This document shows, piece after piece, positions 21,928 through 32,193 of a stretch of 64,000 nt of DNA. The first letter of the stretch is position 1. Each line of letters begins with the position of its first letter. The translations under genes and the position numbers were made by a program. The stretch is from NCBI GenBank assembly GCA_965222225.1, contig CBDCTK010000002.1, positions 928,001-992,000 of the forward strand. The letters are read 5' to 3'. The notes beneath the pieces were generated by a model. It was not told the DNA's origin. It did not search any database and saw only the letters and a list, made by a program, of their open reading frames with translations. This stretch comes from Candidatus Poribacteria bacterium (lineage in GTDB: Bacteria; Poribacteria; WGA-4E; JAJDTR01).

Positions 21928-22549
21928 ACATCTAAATTCTGGACATGACATGAGAGGTACTTGGGCTAGGCTTGGGTTAAATCTTCTTAAAGAGCAGAAC
22001 CTATGTCTACTCCCCCAATTTCCTCAATTGGAGTCCATCGTCGCTCATTGCCAGACTCCTCACGACTTGATTGTCGCACGCCGCATAAATTGCTTGATAT
22101 CATTGTCATTATTATCTGCGGCAGAGATAGGGAGCGAATAGCGACTGCGATAGAAATCTCTGAGAATTTCACCAATCTCAACTCGGTCGTCAAAGTCACC
22201 GCTCAGCGTGAAGTCTGCCAAAAGGTGGGCTGCGAGATACGCTACTACATTTCCTCGCTTCCCGGCGATGCAGCAGAGTTGCTTGAAGCCACCAGGCGTC
22301 GGCGGCGGATTGAAAACTCATGCCAGTGGGAATTAGATGTTGCTTTCCGTGAGGTCGCGTCACGAGTTCGTAGACACAATGCCGCCGAAAACCTCGCCAT
22401 TGTGCGACGCATTGCTCTCAATCTGCTCAAGGCTGAAGAGTCAACCAAACTTGGCGTCGCCAACAAACGACGCAAAGCCGCATGAGACAACGATTACTTA
22501 ACTACTATTCTGGCAACTCTTTTCTGAAAAATCAGATGCGTTTCCCCTG
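21928..22549 (+). mobile_element. ISAs1-family remnant with large internal deletion
   Basis: RYYISSL, IENSCQWELDVAFRE, NLAIVRRIALNLL; right TIR AGATGCGTTTCCCCTG; homologous to 42193-43579. Confidence 0.88.
22126..22160 (+). repeat. Modular GCGATAGAAAT-type insert A at the ISAs1 deletion junction
   Basis: GATAGGGAGCGAATAGCGACTGCGATAGAAATCTC. Confidence 0.65.
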
Positions 22550-22558
22550 AAAAAAAAC

Positions 22559-22587
22559 TTGACACATTCTCGAATTTCGTTTATAAT
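22559..22587 (+). promoter_or_regulatory. Consensus sigma70 promoter
   Basis: TTGACA (22559-64), 17-nt spacer, TATAAT (22582-87). Confidence 0.85.
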
Positions 22588-22593
22588 GGCCAA

Positions 22594-22836
22594 CTATGTT
22601 GGGCTAGACACCCATGCAGTCGTGACACGATGAAAAGAGACTGCGACTGAACACAACGGAGCAACTATTCTTCTGATGGGAATAGTTGCTCCGTCTTGGG
22701 GAGTTATTCAGTGCCGGGACTGCATCCCGGGCTTTTGCTTGCGACATACCAATGCTTGCAAGCTTCATGTACATTCTCATACATCGGTGTAGGACGGCAA
22801 ACCCGCCCGCACTTCCTTGTAAAATAAGGAGATAAA
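22594..22836 (+). ncRNA. Candidate structured 5' leader / cis-regulatory RNA
   Basis: Perfect 15-bp stem ACGGAGCAACTATTC/GAATAGTTGCTCCGT within ACTGAA/TTCAGT; GCAGTC can pair with two alternative GACTGC sites; CCGGGA/TCCCGG hairpin followed by TTTT. Confidence 0.45.
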
Positions 22837-23646
22837 ATGAATACGGTAATTGCAAAATCAGCGCTCTTATGCTTGGGCGTGCTCTTCCTAGCATTGGCAA
22901 TCACAAACGTCGGCCAGGCCGTTGACATGACAAATGTTGTCTCAGTCTGGCCCCTTGACGAAGGCTCCGGCGAAACCGTCTCGGATGCCTCCGGAAACGT
23001 GGCGGACGGTACTTTTGTTGACTTTGATGGTGATGGGATTAGTCTGCAATGGGTCGATGGCGTCTTCGGCGGTGCCCTCGCATTTGATGGTACCGATGAT
23101 TGGGTGGAGATTCCCGGTGTCATCGTGGATACGGTCGATTGGTCGATGGGTTGCTGGGCGAACCCGGGCGAGGAACAGAACACATGGACAAATATCATGT
23201 CCAGCCATGTCGATTTCAAGGGAGTTTCCTTTGAAACATTCGACGACACGAAGAACCTGATTGGCGTCGCCATGGGAAACGGTGAAACATGGGGCGGAGG
23301 AGACTTCCTCGAAATCGAATTCAACGAATGGAACCACATGGTTTACACCCGCAGTGGCGATCATGCCATCTGGTATCTCAACGGCGAGATTGATAGCGAG
23401 ACTACCTTGGATTCAGACAAACCGGTTGTCGCCACGACCGAAAACTTCCGGCTTGGAAACTGGGTTCTCGGTGGCAAGGGTCGTGTATGGAATGGATTGC
23501 TTGACGAAGGCTTTATATTCGAGAGAGCGCTAAGTCAGGACGAAATCAGAGATATCATGAACAACGGTGTGTTGGGCACTGGTACTGCTGTCAACCCAGC
23601 GGACAAAACATCGGTCACTTGGGGACAAATTAAGAGCCAATACTAA
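22837..23646 (+). CDS. Secreted LamG domain protein (array member 1)
   Basis: Signal peptide; WPLDEGSG, GALAFDG, WNHM, DEGFIFERAL; ends AVNPADKTSVTWGQIKSQY. Confidence 0.92.
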   Translation: MNTVIAKSALLCLGVLFLALAITNVGQAVDMTNVVSVWPLDEGSGETVSDASGNVADGTFVDFDGDGISLQWVDGVFGGALAFDGTDDWVEIPGVIVDTVDWSMGCWANPGEEQNTWTNIMSSHVDFKGVSFETFDDTKNLIGVAMGNGETWGGGDFLEIEFNEWNHMVYTRSGDHAIWYLNGEIDSETTLDSDKPVVATTENFRLGNWVLGGKGRVWNGLLDEGFIFERALSQDEIRDIMNNGVLGTGTAVNPADKTSVTWGQIKSQY

Positions 23647-23686
23647 ATCATCAGTAGAATGCTCTTACTTTGAACCAATTCCAGCT

Positions 23687-23716
23687 TGTGAGGGCGCAGC
23701 GCAATGTGCTCTCACA
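23687..23716 (+). terminator. Intergenic hairpin
   Basis: TGTGAGGGCGCA-N6-TGTGCTCTCACA (with G-U pairs). Confidence 0.4.
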
Positions 23717-23806
23717 GATTCAAGATTTAGGCGTTTCACGATACATGCCCCGTATTTATCGCACATGGAGTGCCAACTCTATGAGTGGTAGTGGGACTAT
23801 AGTTTT

Positions 23807-24601
23807 ATGAATAAAATAACGGCCTTCAAACCCACTTTCTTCTTAATGATTCTTTCCTGCCTTATCCTAATATTGGCTCACCTCAGCAACGCCCAACTTG
23901 ACATGGAGGGCGTAATAGCAATGTGGTTGCTTGACGAGGGAAAAGGAAACGAAGTTGCCGACACCTCTGGGAACGATAATGATGGCAAGCTTGTAGCAGG
24001 CAAGGCAAAATGGGTCGATGGCAAGTATGGCCAAGCGCTTGAGTTCGATCAGAAGGGTTGGGTCGAGATGAATGCACCGGCTGTCGTCGATACCGTTGAT
24101 TGGACCATGGGCTGTTGGGCGAAACCTAAGGACAGTCAAAAAACTTGGACGAACATTTTATCTAGTCATAATAACTTCCGGGGTATATCTTTCGAACAGT
24201 TTGATAGCAATCTCAATCGCATCGGCGTTGCCATGGGTAACGGCGAGACCTGGGGAGGAGCAGGTTTCCTGCAACTAAAAACCGGTGCCTGGAACCATCT
24301 AGTTTTCACCCGTAAAAAGAGGACAGGGACATGGTATCTCAATGGGAAGGTCGATAATGCGAAGCAGATGGATTCGGAAAAACCCGTTGTCGCTTCCCCT
24401 TCGAACTTCCGGATTGGTAACTGGGTGCTCGGCGGACGCGAATGGAACGGCATTGTTGATGAAGCCTTTATTTTTGAACGGGCACTCGGTCAGGAGGAAA
24501 TCAGAACCATTATGCGCAGGGGCTTGGAGCGTGTGCAACCCGTAGATCCAAAGGACAAAGTTGCCACGTCGTGGGGCAAAGTAAAATCTTGGTATCAATG
24601 A
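23807..24601 (+). CDS. Secreted LamG domain protein (array member 2)
   Basis: WLLDEGKG, GKYGQALEFD; ends PVDPKDKVATSWGKVKSWYQ. Confidence 0.92.
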   Translation: MNKITAFKPTFFLMILSCLILILAHLSNAQLDMEGVIAMWLLDEGKGNEVADTSGNDNDGKLVAGKAKWVDGKYGQALEFDQKGWVEMNAPAVVDTVDWTMGCWAKPKDSQKTWTNILSSHNNFRGISFEQFDSNLNRIGVAMGNGETWGGAGFLQLKTGAWNHLVFTRKKRTGTWYLNGKVDNAKQMDSEKPVVASPSNFRIGNWVLGGREWNGIVDEAFIFERALGQEEIRTIMRRGLERVQPVDPKDKVATSWGKVKSWYQ

Positions 24602-24803
24602 CCGGCGAGAAGTCCGATAAGGATTCGAAACCATGTACGGAGTGCAAAATTCTAATACAACATCAAAATTGATAAACTGACGATGGTTCGCGATCGGTTC
24701 GTTGAAGTTGCGTAGCTAAGGTACATTCTTTTGCGAAGGCGTTTTTCATTGCGTTTTCCTCTTTAGATTTTGTTTGAGAATTGAACACTCTCAATCAAGG
24801 ATT

Positions 24804-25677
24804 ATGAAGGGAATGCGCATTGAATTCATGTTCGTTTACATCTGTTGCATCTGCCGGAATTTGGTTTTGGCAAGTACGAGTGGTGCGCAGCGAGTACGTT
24901 TTACGTAGAACTTGGTGGCGTTGTGGCTTTTCGATGAAGGCTCCGGTAATAGGGTCAAAGATTCATTTGGCGATGGCATCACGGTAAATTCGCCTCCGGT
25001 AAACCGCAGTGGGTTGATGGCTAGTTCGGCACAGTTTTGGAGTTTCGTGGCAGAGAAGCGAGCGATTGGGGCGAGACAGACATTCCGGTCGTCGTGGGTG
25101 CAGTTGACTTCACCTTTGGTTGCTGGATGAAGCCGGGCAGGCCGCAGAATTGGCATGCTAATCTGTTCGGCGGACGCGAGGGTGGCGAAGAAGAAAGGGT
25201 GGCGAAGAAGAAGACGGGGATAGAGAATTTTTCTTTGCACAAAATGCAAATTCCCAGAACAATTTCAGAATTCGCATCGGGGGCATATTCAATTGGCAGG
25301 GACAAGGCGATCCCAGACAGATTGTCAAGCTGAAAACGTACGAGTGGAACCATATCGGTTTTGTGCGCGAAGGCAGGGCAGGTATATAGTATCGGGATGG
25401 CGAGCCGGATCGGAAGAAGATGAAAGGGTTCTATCTTGACTTGGGTTCAACATAACCTGCTATGCCCGGCAAACAAAATTTTCGAATCGATAACTCGATA
25501 TGGGACGAAGAGCGTACGTACAAGGGTATCGTCGACGAAGCCTTTATTTTCGAAAGAGCGCTGAGTCAAGATACGATCCAAGACATCATTAACAAATGTA
25601 TCGAAAAAACGCAATCAATTGAATCGACCGATAAATTGGCAACACTGTGGGGACAGATAAAGTCCTGGCGTGACTAG
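24804..25677 (+). pseudogene. LamG paralog pseudogene (array member 3)
   Basis: Fragments VALWLFDEGSG, FGCWMKPGRPQNWHANLFGG, DEAFIFERAL...LWGQIK in different frames; TAG stops; internal GGTGGCGAAGAAGAA duplication. Confidence 0.88.
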
Positions 25678-26004
25678 CAAATACTCGCGAATCGCGATCT
25701 CAATTCTCTCATCAACAAGGAAGGAGGCCACGAAGGTTCACAGGCAGTTAGTTCGTTTGATACATTCCTGCCCGCGTGTGTTCCTAAAGTACCTTTCGCA
25801 GGAAGCACGTCTTTCACGACGTTAGGACCTTGACACTTCAGTTCGCAGCAGCTCAATTTAGAGTGCGTCCTGAGTGCAGTTCTTCGGGGTAAAATCCCCG
25901 CACTATGCGTCTTTGAGAGCATGACTCCAAGAGTGCTTGCGATTCGCACTTTAGAATTAATCGGAGCGTGGCAACTGACCGTTGAACCTTCTCAATTAAG
26001 AACG

Positions 26005-26862
26005 ATGAAAACACTGGTTTTTAGACTCACGCTCTGCTACACTTGTTGTTTCTGTTTGAGTTTGGCATTGACAAGTGTAAGTTATGCGCAACGCGTACGA
26101 TTCACGAAGAACCTTGTGGCAATGTGGCTGTTCGACGAAGGCACCGGCAAAAGGGTCAAGGATTCATCCGGCAATCGCCATCACGGCAAGTTCGCCGCCG
26201 GCAAACCGACATGGGTCGATGGAAAATTCGGTACGGCTTTGGAGTTTCGCGGCGGTGACGAGCCCGATTGGGTGGAGATCGATATTCCGGTCGCCGTGAA
26301 TACTGTTGACTTTACCTTTGGTTGCTGGATGAAACCGGGACGGCCACAAAATTGGCATGCAAATCTGTTCGGCGGCCGGGATGGTGGCGAAGCTGAAGAC
26401 GGGGGTACAGGATTTTCCTTTGCACAGAATGAAGGCTCTTTGAATAAATTTAGAGTTCGCATTGGGGGAATATTCAATTGGCAAGGGCAAGGCGATCCCA
26501 GACACGCTGTCAAGTTGAAAACGGAGGGGTGGAACCATATCGTATTTGTGCGCGCAGGCAGAGAAGGCATATGGTATCGGGATGGGGAGCCGGATCGGAA
26601 GAAGAAAAAAGGGTTCTATCTTGACTTGGGTTCAACAGACCGTGTTAAACCCGCCAAACAAAAATTTCGAATCGGTAACTCCATATGGAACCAAGATCGC
26701 TCGTACAAGGGTATCATCGACGAAGCCTTTATTTTCGAAAGAGCGCTGAGTCAAGATACGATTCAAGACATCATGAACAAAGGTATTGTAAAGGCACAAT
26801 CAATTGAATCAACCGGCAAAATGGCAACACTCTGGGGAGGGATAAAATCTTGGTATAAATAG
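26005..26862 (+). CDS. Secreted LamG domain protein (array member 4)
   Basis: MKTLVF signal peptide; ends SIESTGKMATLWGGIKSWYK. Confidence 0.9.
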   Translation: MKTLVFRLTLCYTCCFCLSLALTSVSYAQRVRFTKNLVAMWLFDEGTGKRVKDSSGNRHHGKFAAGKPTWVDGKFGTALEFRGGDEPDWVEIDIPVAVNTVDFTFGCWMKPGRPQNWHANLFGGRDGGEAEDGGTGFSFAQNEGSLNKFRVRIGGIFNWQGQGDPRHAVKLKTEGWNHIVFVRAGREGIWYRDGEPDRKKKKGFYLDLGSTDRVKPAKQKFRIGNSIWNQDRSYKGIIDEAFIFERALSQDTIQDIMNKGIVKAQSIESTGKMATLWGGIKSWYK

Positions 26863-27185
26863 GAGTCACCCGTGAATCACCATCTCAATTCTCACATCTT
26901 CAAGAAAAGAGGCCACGAAGGTTTAGCGTCCGTTTGCTTGATATATTCCAGGTCGCGCATATTCGTAAAGTACCTTTCGCAGAAAGCGCATCTTTCATGT
27001 CGTTAGGGCTAACACAATTCAGTTCGTAGTAGCGCAATTCATCGCGCACTGCAAGTTCGAATCTTCACAGTGGAATACCCGCGCTGTACGGCTTTGAGTG
27101 TTCACCCAGCACAGTCCCTGCGTTTCGTCCTTTAGACTTCATTGGAAAGCAGCATTTGACCGTTGAACCATCCCAATCAAGAGTG

Positions 27186-28040
27186 ATGAGAACAACAGTC
27201 GTTAAATTCAAACTCTTATACATCGTTTGTTTCTGCGTAAGTTTGGCGCTTACAAGCACAAGTCATGCACAACGGGTACGATTTACTAAGAACCTTGTGG
27301 CAATGTGGCTCTTTGACGAAGGAGACGGGAAGAGAGTCATAGATTCATCTGGTAATAAACATGACGGCAAATTCGCAAACGGCGAGCCACAATGGGTTGA
27401 AGGAAAATTCGGCACGGCTCTGGAATTCCGTGGCGGCGAGGACAACGACTGGGTGGAGATTGGTCGACCGGTCGTTGTAAACAGCGTTAATTTTTCCTTT
27501 GGGTGCTGGATGAAGCCGGGAAGACCACAACACAACCATGCGAATTTGTTCGGCGGCCGAGATGGCGGAGCTGAGGAAGAGGGTGCTAGGGGAATTACGT
27601 TTGCACAGAATGAGTTGTCCTTAAACAAGTTTAGAGTTGTCATCGGCGGCGTATTTAACTGGCAGGGGCAAGGCGACCCCAGACACGCCGTCAAGCTGAA
27701 AACAGAGGAGTGGAATCATATCGTTTTCGTGCGCCAAGGCAGGGAAGGTACATGGTATCTGAATGGCGAGCCGGATCGTAAGAAGAAGAAGGGGTTTTAT
27801 ATAAACTTAGGTTCAGGGAATCCTGTTAACAGTTCAATAAAGAATTTCCGCCTCGGCAACTCAATATGGGATGAAGGACGGGCGTACAAGGGTATCGTTG
27901 ACGAAGCCTTTATTTTTGAAAGAGCGTTAAGTCAGGAGACAATTCAAAGTATCATGAACAAAGGTATTGAAAAGACACAAGCCGTTGACCCTTGGGACAA
28001 GATTGCGACGCTTTGGGGACAGGTAAAATCTCAGAATTGA
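27186..28040 (+). CDS. Secreted LamG domain protein (array member 5)
   Basis: MRTTVV signal peptide; ends AVDPWDKIATLWGQVKSQN. Confidence 0.9.
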   Translation: MRTTVVKFKLLYIVCFCVSLALTSTSHAQRVRFTKNLVAMWLFDEGDGKRVIDSSGNKHDGKFANGEPQWVEGKFGTALEFRGGEDNDWVEIGRPVVVNSVNFSFGCWMKPGRPQHNHANLFGGRDGGAEEEGARGITFAQNELSLNKFRVVIGGVFNWQGQGDPRHAVKLKTEEWNHIVFVRQGREGTWYLNGEPDRKKKKGFYINLGSGNPVNSSIKNFRLGNSIWDEGRAYKGIVDEAFIFERALSQETIQSIMNKGIEKTQAVDPWDKIATLWGQVKSQN

Positions 28041-28488
28041 TTCGGCGTCACCGCGTCCAAATTAAACGGTAGTCGACCTTTAGCGAACATATCGCTCGCA
28101 TACGCCAGTCACATCAATTTAAGAGGCGAACAACCCCTTCAGATGTTCTGTTGCACTAAAGCAGAGTCCTTGTAGAACAAGTTCGCTGCGCTCATCACAG
28201 TAGCAACGTGCCGAACCTATAGTAAGAGCGAACCATCGCATCTCGGTCCAAAAGTCTCCTGATGACCAAGAATCGGTTATCACTAATGCGGCTTCACGGC
28301 GAATTTCCCTCAACAACCTTTGACAGAGTCACGAAGTTCTAGCCTATTGTCCACCCCCGGTTTACCTCGTGACGATGATACAGGACTATTCATGCGGTTG
28401 CCCTGACCACAGTCCCCTGTTACTATTGACACGGTCTTGTTATCGTCACCACTGTACGAAGGATTCCATGCATTAGGCCAGGGCTAGA

Positions 28489-30429
28489 ATGACCTTCCCG
28501 TCTCAGAAATGTAGTTTCCAAACCCGCCCATTCAACACATCAATCATAGCACTTCTCTTACTGCTCATTTCTTTTCAACTACTCACACAGGCGAACGAAT
28601 GTCTTGACTTTAAACAGCTTGTCGCCGAATTTGAGCAGGTCACCCGCGAAAATCCATCCTCTGTTTCCGTCACCATGAACCTTGGTTTCGTCTATTTGGC
28701 ACTGGCGGCAATGGGCAAAGCGTCGGCAACCTTCGAAACAGCGACTCGCCTCGACCCATCTTTAGCCGAAGCACACTATTGGATAGGAAGAATTAACTAT
28801 CTTCAGACCAAATACGAGAAGGCAATTCCGTCTTTCCAGGCGGCCATTAACTTGAGACCCGACTGGTATCCCCCTTATGCCCATCTAGGATTATGCTACT
28901 TTCATACGCACAATTACGATGAAGCCGAGACCGCACTGTCACGAGCAGATTCGCTAATAGAGCTATCAAAATCTCTTGGCTTCGGGTTCCCACCACCACC
29001 TATTCTTTGGAAAGACCCAGAGTGGAATGAGAAAGTCCTGCAGTTGTCGCGGGCAGATATCGTACACTATATCAGCCAGATTGCATTCAAGCGAGGCAAT
29101 TACGGCAAATCCGCGGAATACTGTCATCAAACAATCGCCCTTGATCCCGAATATGCCAACGCCTTCCTTCTGCTTGGCCGCGTGCACGTTCAAGAAGGTG
29201 CTCCAAACGCGGCAGGGGAGGCCTTTCTTGAGGCAATTAGTTTGCATCCCAAGTCGGGTCTCGCCCACTATCAACTTGGCTTGTTATACTTCAAACAGGG
29301 AAGAGAGACCGAAGCCAATACCGAGATGGAGCTAGCCCGTCAACTGAACGAAGCGGAACAGCAGCTTCTCGAACAGCGCATCGGTACCTTGCGAAACAAG
29401 AGAAAGGCACCCGTTCTCGCAAACTTGGGCAAAATCTACCTGAATCAACGCAAGTACGCGGAGGCAATCGGAGAATATGAGAAAGCACTTTGGCACGAAG
29501 CCGATCTTGCCGAAGCCCACAACGGACTCGGATACGCCTATATGATGCTGGGTCGATTGGAAGAAGCCAAAGCAGCACAAGAGCGCGCTATTGAGCTGAA
29601 CCCTCAGATGGCTGAAGCCTACATTGGACGTGGACTCGTAAGACTCAGACAAGCGGAAACATCTGAACGTGAAGCCAATCTGAAAGCGGCACTTAGGGAC
29701 TTTCGGCATGCAGCCGTTCTAAATCCCCAGTCTCCGGAATCGTGGCGAAACGTGGGCAACATCGCTCTTGAATTATCCCGGTTCGAAGAAGCCGAAGCGG
29801 CTTATCAAAAGTTGCTAACAATTCAACCGGGTCTCACAGAGGTCTATATGGCATTGGGATCGATCTATAAGCGTCAGAAAAAACACGCGATGGCTATTCG
29901 CCATTATCAAGAGGCTCTCAAACTAGACCTCAATCTAGTGAATGCACGCCTTAATCTTGGGATTCTTGCGGCTGAACAAGGGGAACTTGACGAAGCTGTC
30001 GAACTCCTCCGAGAAGAGATAAAGATTCAACCCGACAGCGCCGAAGCATATTACTACCTAGGTGAGGTTTACCGCAAACAGAATGAGTATGATTTGGCGG
30101 AGAAAGCCTATCAAGACACAATACAAGCCGACCCATTCTACGCTGCCAAAGCCTATGAACGCCTGGCACATCTCTACGGAAGCCGACGAATCGATCTCAA
30201 AAGAGCGGTGATTTTTGCGGAAAAAGCGGTGGAACTCGATCCCAAATCTGTACTTTGTCTCAATACGCTCTCGCGCATGTATTACCTGAATCGAGACTAC
30301 GATCGCGCCGAACGCGCGATATCACTAGCGTTGAAGCTGAACCCCAATAACGCTATTCTCAAGAACGGATTAAAGACAATAAAAGCTACTAAGGCTGCAC
30401 AAGCGGAAGGCGAGAAGAAGGAAAAGTGA
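28489..30429 (+). CDS. Tetratricopeptide repeat protein
   Basis: Many 34-aa repeats (AEAHYWIG, AHYQLG, AEAHNGLG, AEAYYYLG); N-terminal hydrophobic segment. Confidence 0.93.
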   Translation: MTFPSQKCSFQTRPFNTSIIALLLLLISFQLLTQANECLDFKQLVAEFEQVTRENPSSVSVTMNLGFVYLALAAMGKASATFETATRLDPSLAEAHYWIGRINYLQTKYEKAIPSFQAAINLRPDWYPPYAHLGLCYFHTHNYDEAETALSRADSLIELSKSLGFGFPPPPILWKDPEWNEKVLQLSRADIVHYISQIAFKRGNYGKSAEYCHQTIALDPEYANAFLLLGRVHVQEGAPNAAGEAFLEAISLHPKSGLAHYQLGLLYFKQGRETEANTEMELARQLNEAEQQLLEQRIGTLRNKRKAPVLANLGKIYLNQRKYAEAIGEYEKALWHEADLAEAHNGLGYAYMMLGRLEEAKAAQERAIELNPQMAEAYIGRGLVRLRQAETSEREANLKAALRDFRHAAVLNPQSPESWRNVGNIALELSRFEEAEAAYQKLLTIQPGLTEVYMALGSIYKRQKKHAMAIRHYQEALKLDLNLVNARLNLGILAAEQGELDEAVELLREEIKIQPDSAEAYYYLGEVYRKQNEYDLAEKAYQDTIQADPFYAAKAYERLAHLYGSRRIDLKRAVIFAEKAVELDPKSVLCLNTLSRMYYLNRDYDRAERAISLALKLNPNNAILKNGLKTIKATKAAQAEGEKKEK

Positions 30430-32189
30430 GGAAGCACATTAAACAATTAACAGGATTTATTCAATTTCCGGTTTACGTATCACACTGGGTCGCACGCTGC
30501 TTAGTCTTCCTCGTCGTCTGCCATCTAGGTAGCATGCTTAATTCGACCTACGGCCTAGTAGCAAATGCGGAGATGTATTTTACGGAAGTTGCCGCTGAAT
30601 CGGGGATTCACTTCCGCCATTGGGATGGTAGGAGTGGACGACGATATTTTGTGGAAACACTCGGCTCCGGTGCCGCATGGTTTGACTACGACCGTGACGG
30701 CGACATAGACCTCTACCTGGCTAACGGCGCCGATTTGCCGGGTAAGGAATCTAGAATCTCACCTACCAACGTCCTCTATCGAAACAATGGGTATGGCACC
30801 TTTTCCGATATAACCGTTGAAGCCAACGTTGGCGACGCAAGTTACAGTTTTGGTTGCTGCGTTGGCGACTTCGACAATGACGGATATCCCGATCTCTACG
30901 TTACCAACCTGGGCACAAATATTCTCTACCGCAACAATGGAAATAGCACTTTTTCCGATGTAACCGCGAAAGCCGGGGTCGCAGGAGATCGCTGGAGTGC
31001 GTCCGCGGCATTTGCAGATTATGACAAAGACGGGGATCTTGATCTCTACGTTGTGAATTACGTTGCGTTCCATTTTGAGAGCCATAATGACTGCCTGCGG
31101 TCCGACCTCCACATCTATTGCCCGCCGGGGGATTTCGAGGGCGTGCCCGATATACTGTACCAAAACAATGGTGATGGTACTTTTACCGATGTCACGCACG
31201 AAGCTGGAGTTTTTCAGCCAGAAGGCAAGGGATTAGGCGTTGTGTGGGGAGATTATAACAACGACACCTATCCCGACGTGTTTGTGGCAAACGATACTAC
31301 CCCCGATATGTTGTATCGCAATAACCGGGATGGTACGTTCACCGATGTAGCGTTGTTCGTCGGCGTCGCCCTTGGAGAGGAAGGTATGCCTTTGGGTGGA
31401 ATGGGAGCAAACTTCGGGGACTATGACAATGATGGATGGTTGGATCTCGTTGTTACAAACTTTGAGGATGATCCGAATAATCTATTTCGCAATGACAGGG
31501 ATGGTACCTTTGTGACCGCCACATATTCCGGCGGATTTGGCATGTTGAGCTTTCCCTATGTTGGATGGGGAGTGGATCTCGTGGATCTAGACAACGATGG
31601 ATACCAGGACATTCTTGTTGTGAATGGGCACATATACGACAATATTGAACTGATTAACAAAGACATCAACAAACGGAGCACCTACGCCCAGCGTAATAAT
31701 CTTTTCAGGAATTTGGCGAATGCCTCGTTTGTCGAGATTACCGAAAGATGCGGTCCTGGGCTGCGCCCAATCAAGGTTAGTCGTGGAGCCGCCTTCGGCG
31801 ATTACGACAATGATGGAGATCTTGATATTTTGATTACTAACTCCAACCAAACCCCGGACCTTCTCCGAAATCAAAGCGAAAACTCAAATCATTGGCTGGT
31901 TCTTGAAACAATCGGTGTCTCCAGCAATCGAGATGGAATTGGAACACGTGTGACGGTAAAAGCAGGTGGGATTTCACAGATTCGTGAAGTAAAAAGCGGC
32001 TCCAGTTACCTATGCCAGAGCGATATGCGGCTGCACTTCGGGCTTGGGGAAGCAACGGAAGCGGTTGTGGTAGAGGTCCGATGGCCTAGCGGCGTAGTAG
32101 ACCGTTTTAATGGGGTGAATGCCAACAAGTTCCTACAGGTGACGGAGGGCGAAGGTAAGTTGGTCGTTTTGGGCTTCAAGAAAGAATAA
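30426..32189 (+). CDS. CRTAC1 family protein (VCBS/FG-GAP repeats plus ASPIC/UnbV C-terminal domain)
   Basis: DYDRDGDIDLY-type repeats, LYRNNGxGTFxDVT, SNRDGIG, GSSYLCQSD.RLHFGLG, WPSG; GTGA overlap with the TPR gene. Confidence 0.95.
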   Translation: MRKHIKQLTGFIQFPVYVSHWVARCLVFLVVCHLGSMLNSTYGLVANAEMYFTEVAAESGIHFRHWDGRSGRRYFVETLGSGAAWFDYDRDGDIDLYLANGADLPGKESRISPTNVLYRNNGYGTFSDITVEANVGDASYSFGCCVGDFDNDGYPDLYVTNLGTNILYRNNGNSTFSDVTAKAGVAGDRWSASAAFADYDKDGDLDLYVVNYVAFHFESHNDCLRSDLHIYCPPGDFEGVPDILYQNNGDGTFTDVTHEAGVFQPEGKGLGVVWGDYNNDTYPDVFVANDTTPDMLYRNNRDGTFTDVALFVGVALGEEGMPLGGMGANFGDYDNDGWLDLVVTNFEDDPNNLFRNDRDGTFVTATYSGGFGMLSFPYVGWGVDLVDLDNDGYQDILVVNGHIYDNIELINKDINKRSTYAQRNNLFRNLANASFVEITERCGPGLRPIKVSRGAAFGDYDNDGDLDILITNSNQTPDLLRNQSENSNHWLVLETIGVSSNRDGIGTRVTVKAGGISQIREVKSGSSYLCQSDMRLHFGLGEATEAVVVEVRWPSGVVDRFNGVNANKFLQVTEGEGKLVVLGFKKE

Positions 32190-32193
32190 TCAT

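Noticed and set aside
10523-22485. Genome-wide UGA=Trp recoding
   Set aside because: Many intact genes end in TGA and use TGG for Trp, and a TAG also occurs at a Trp column. Mutational decay explains the pattern better.
22795-22815. c-di-GMP-I riboswitch (GGCAAACC), also considered at about 43680
   Set aside because: The GAAA tetraloop stem and GACGCAAAGC elements are missing.
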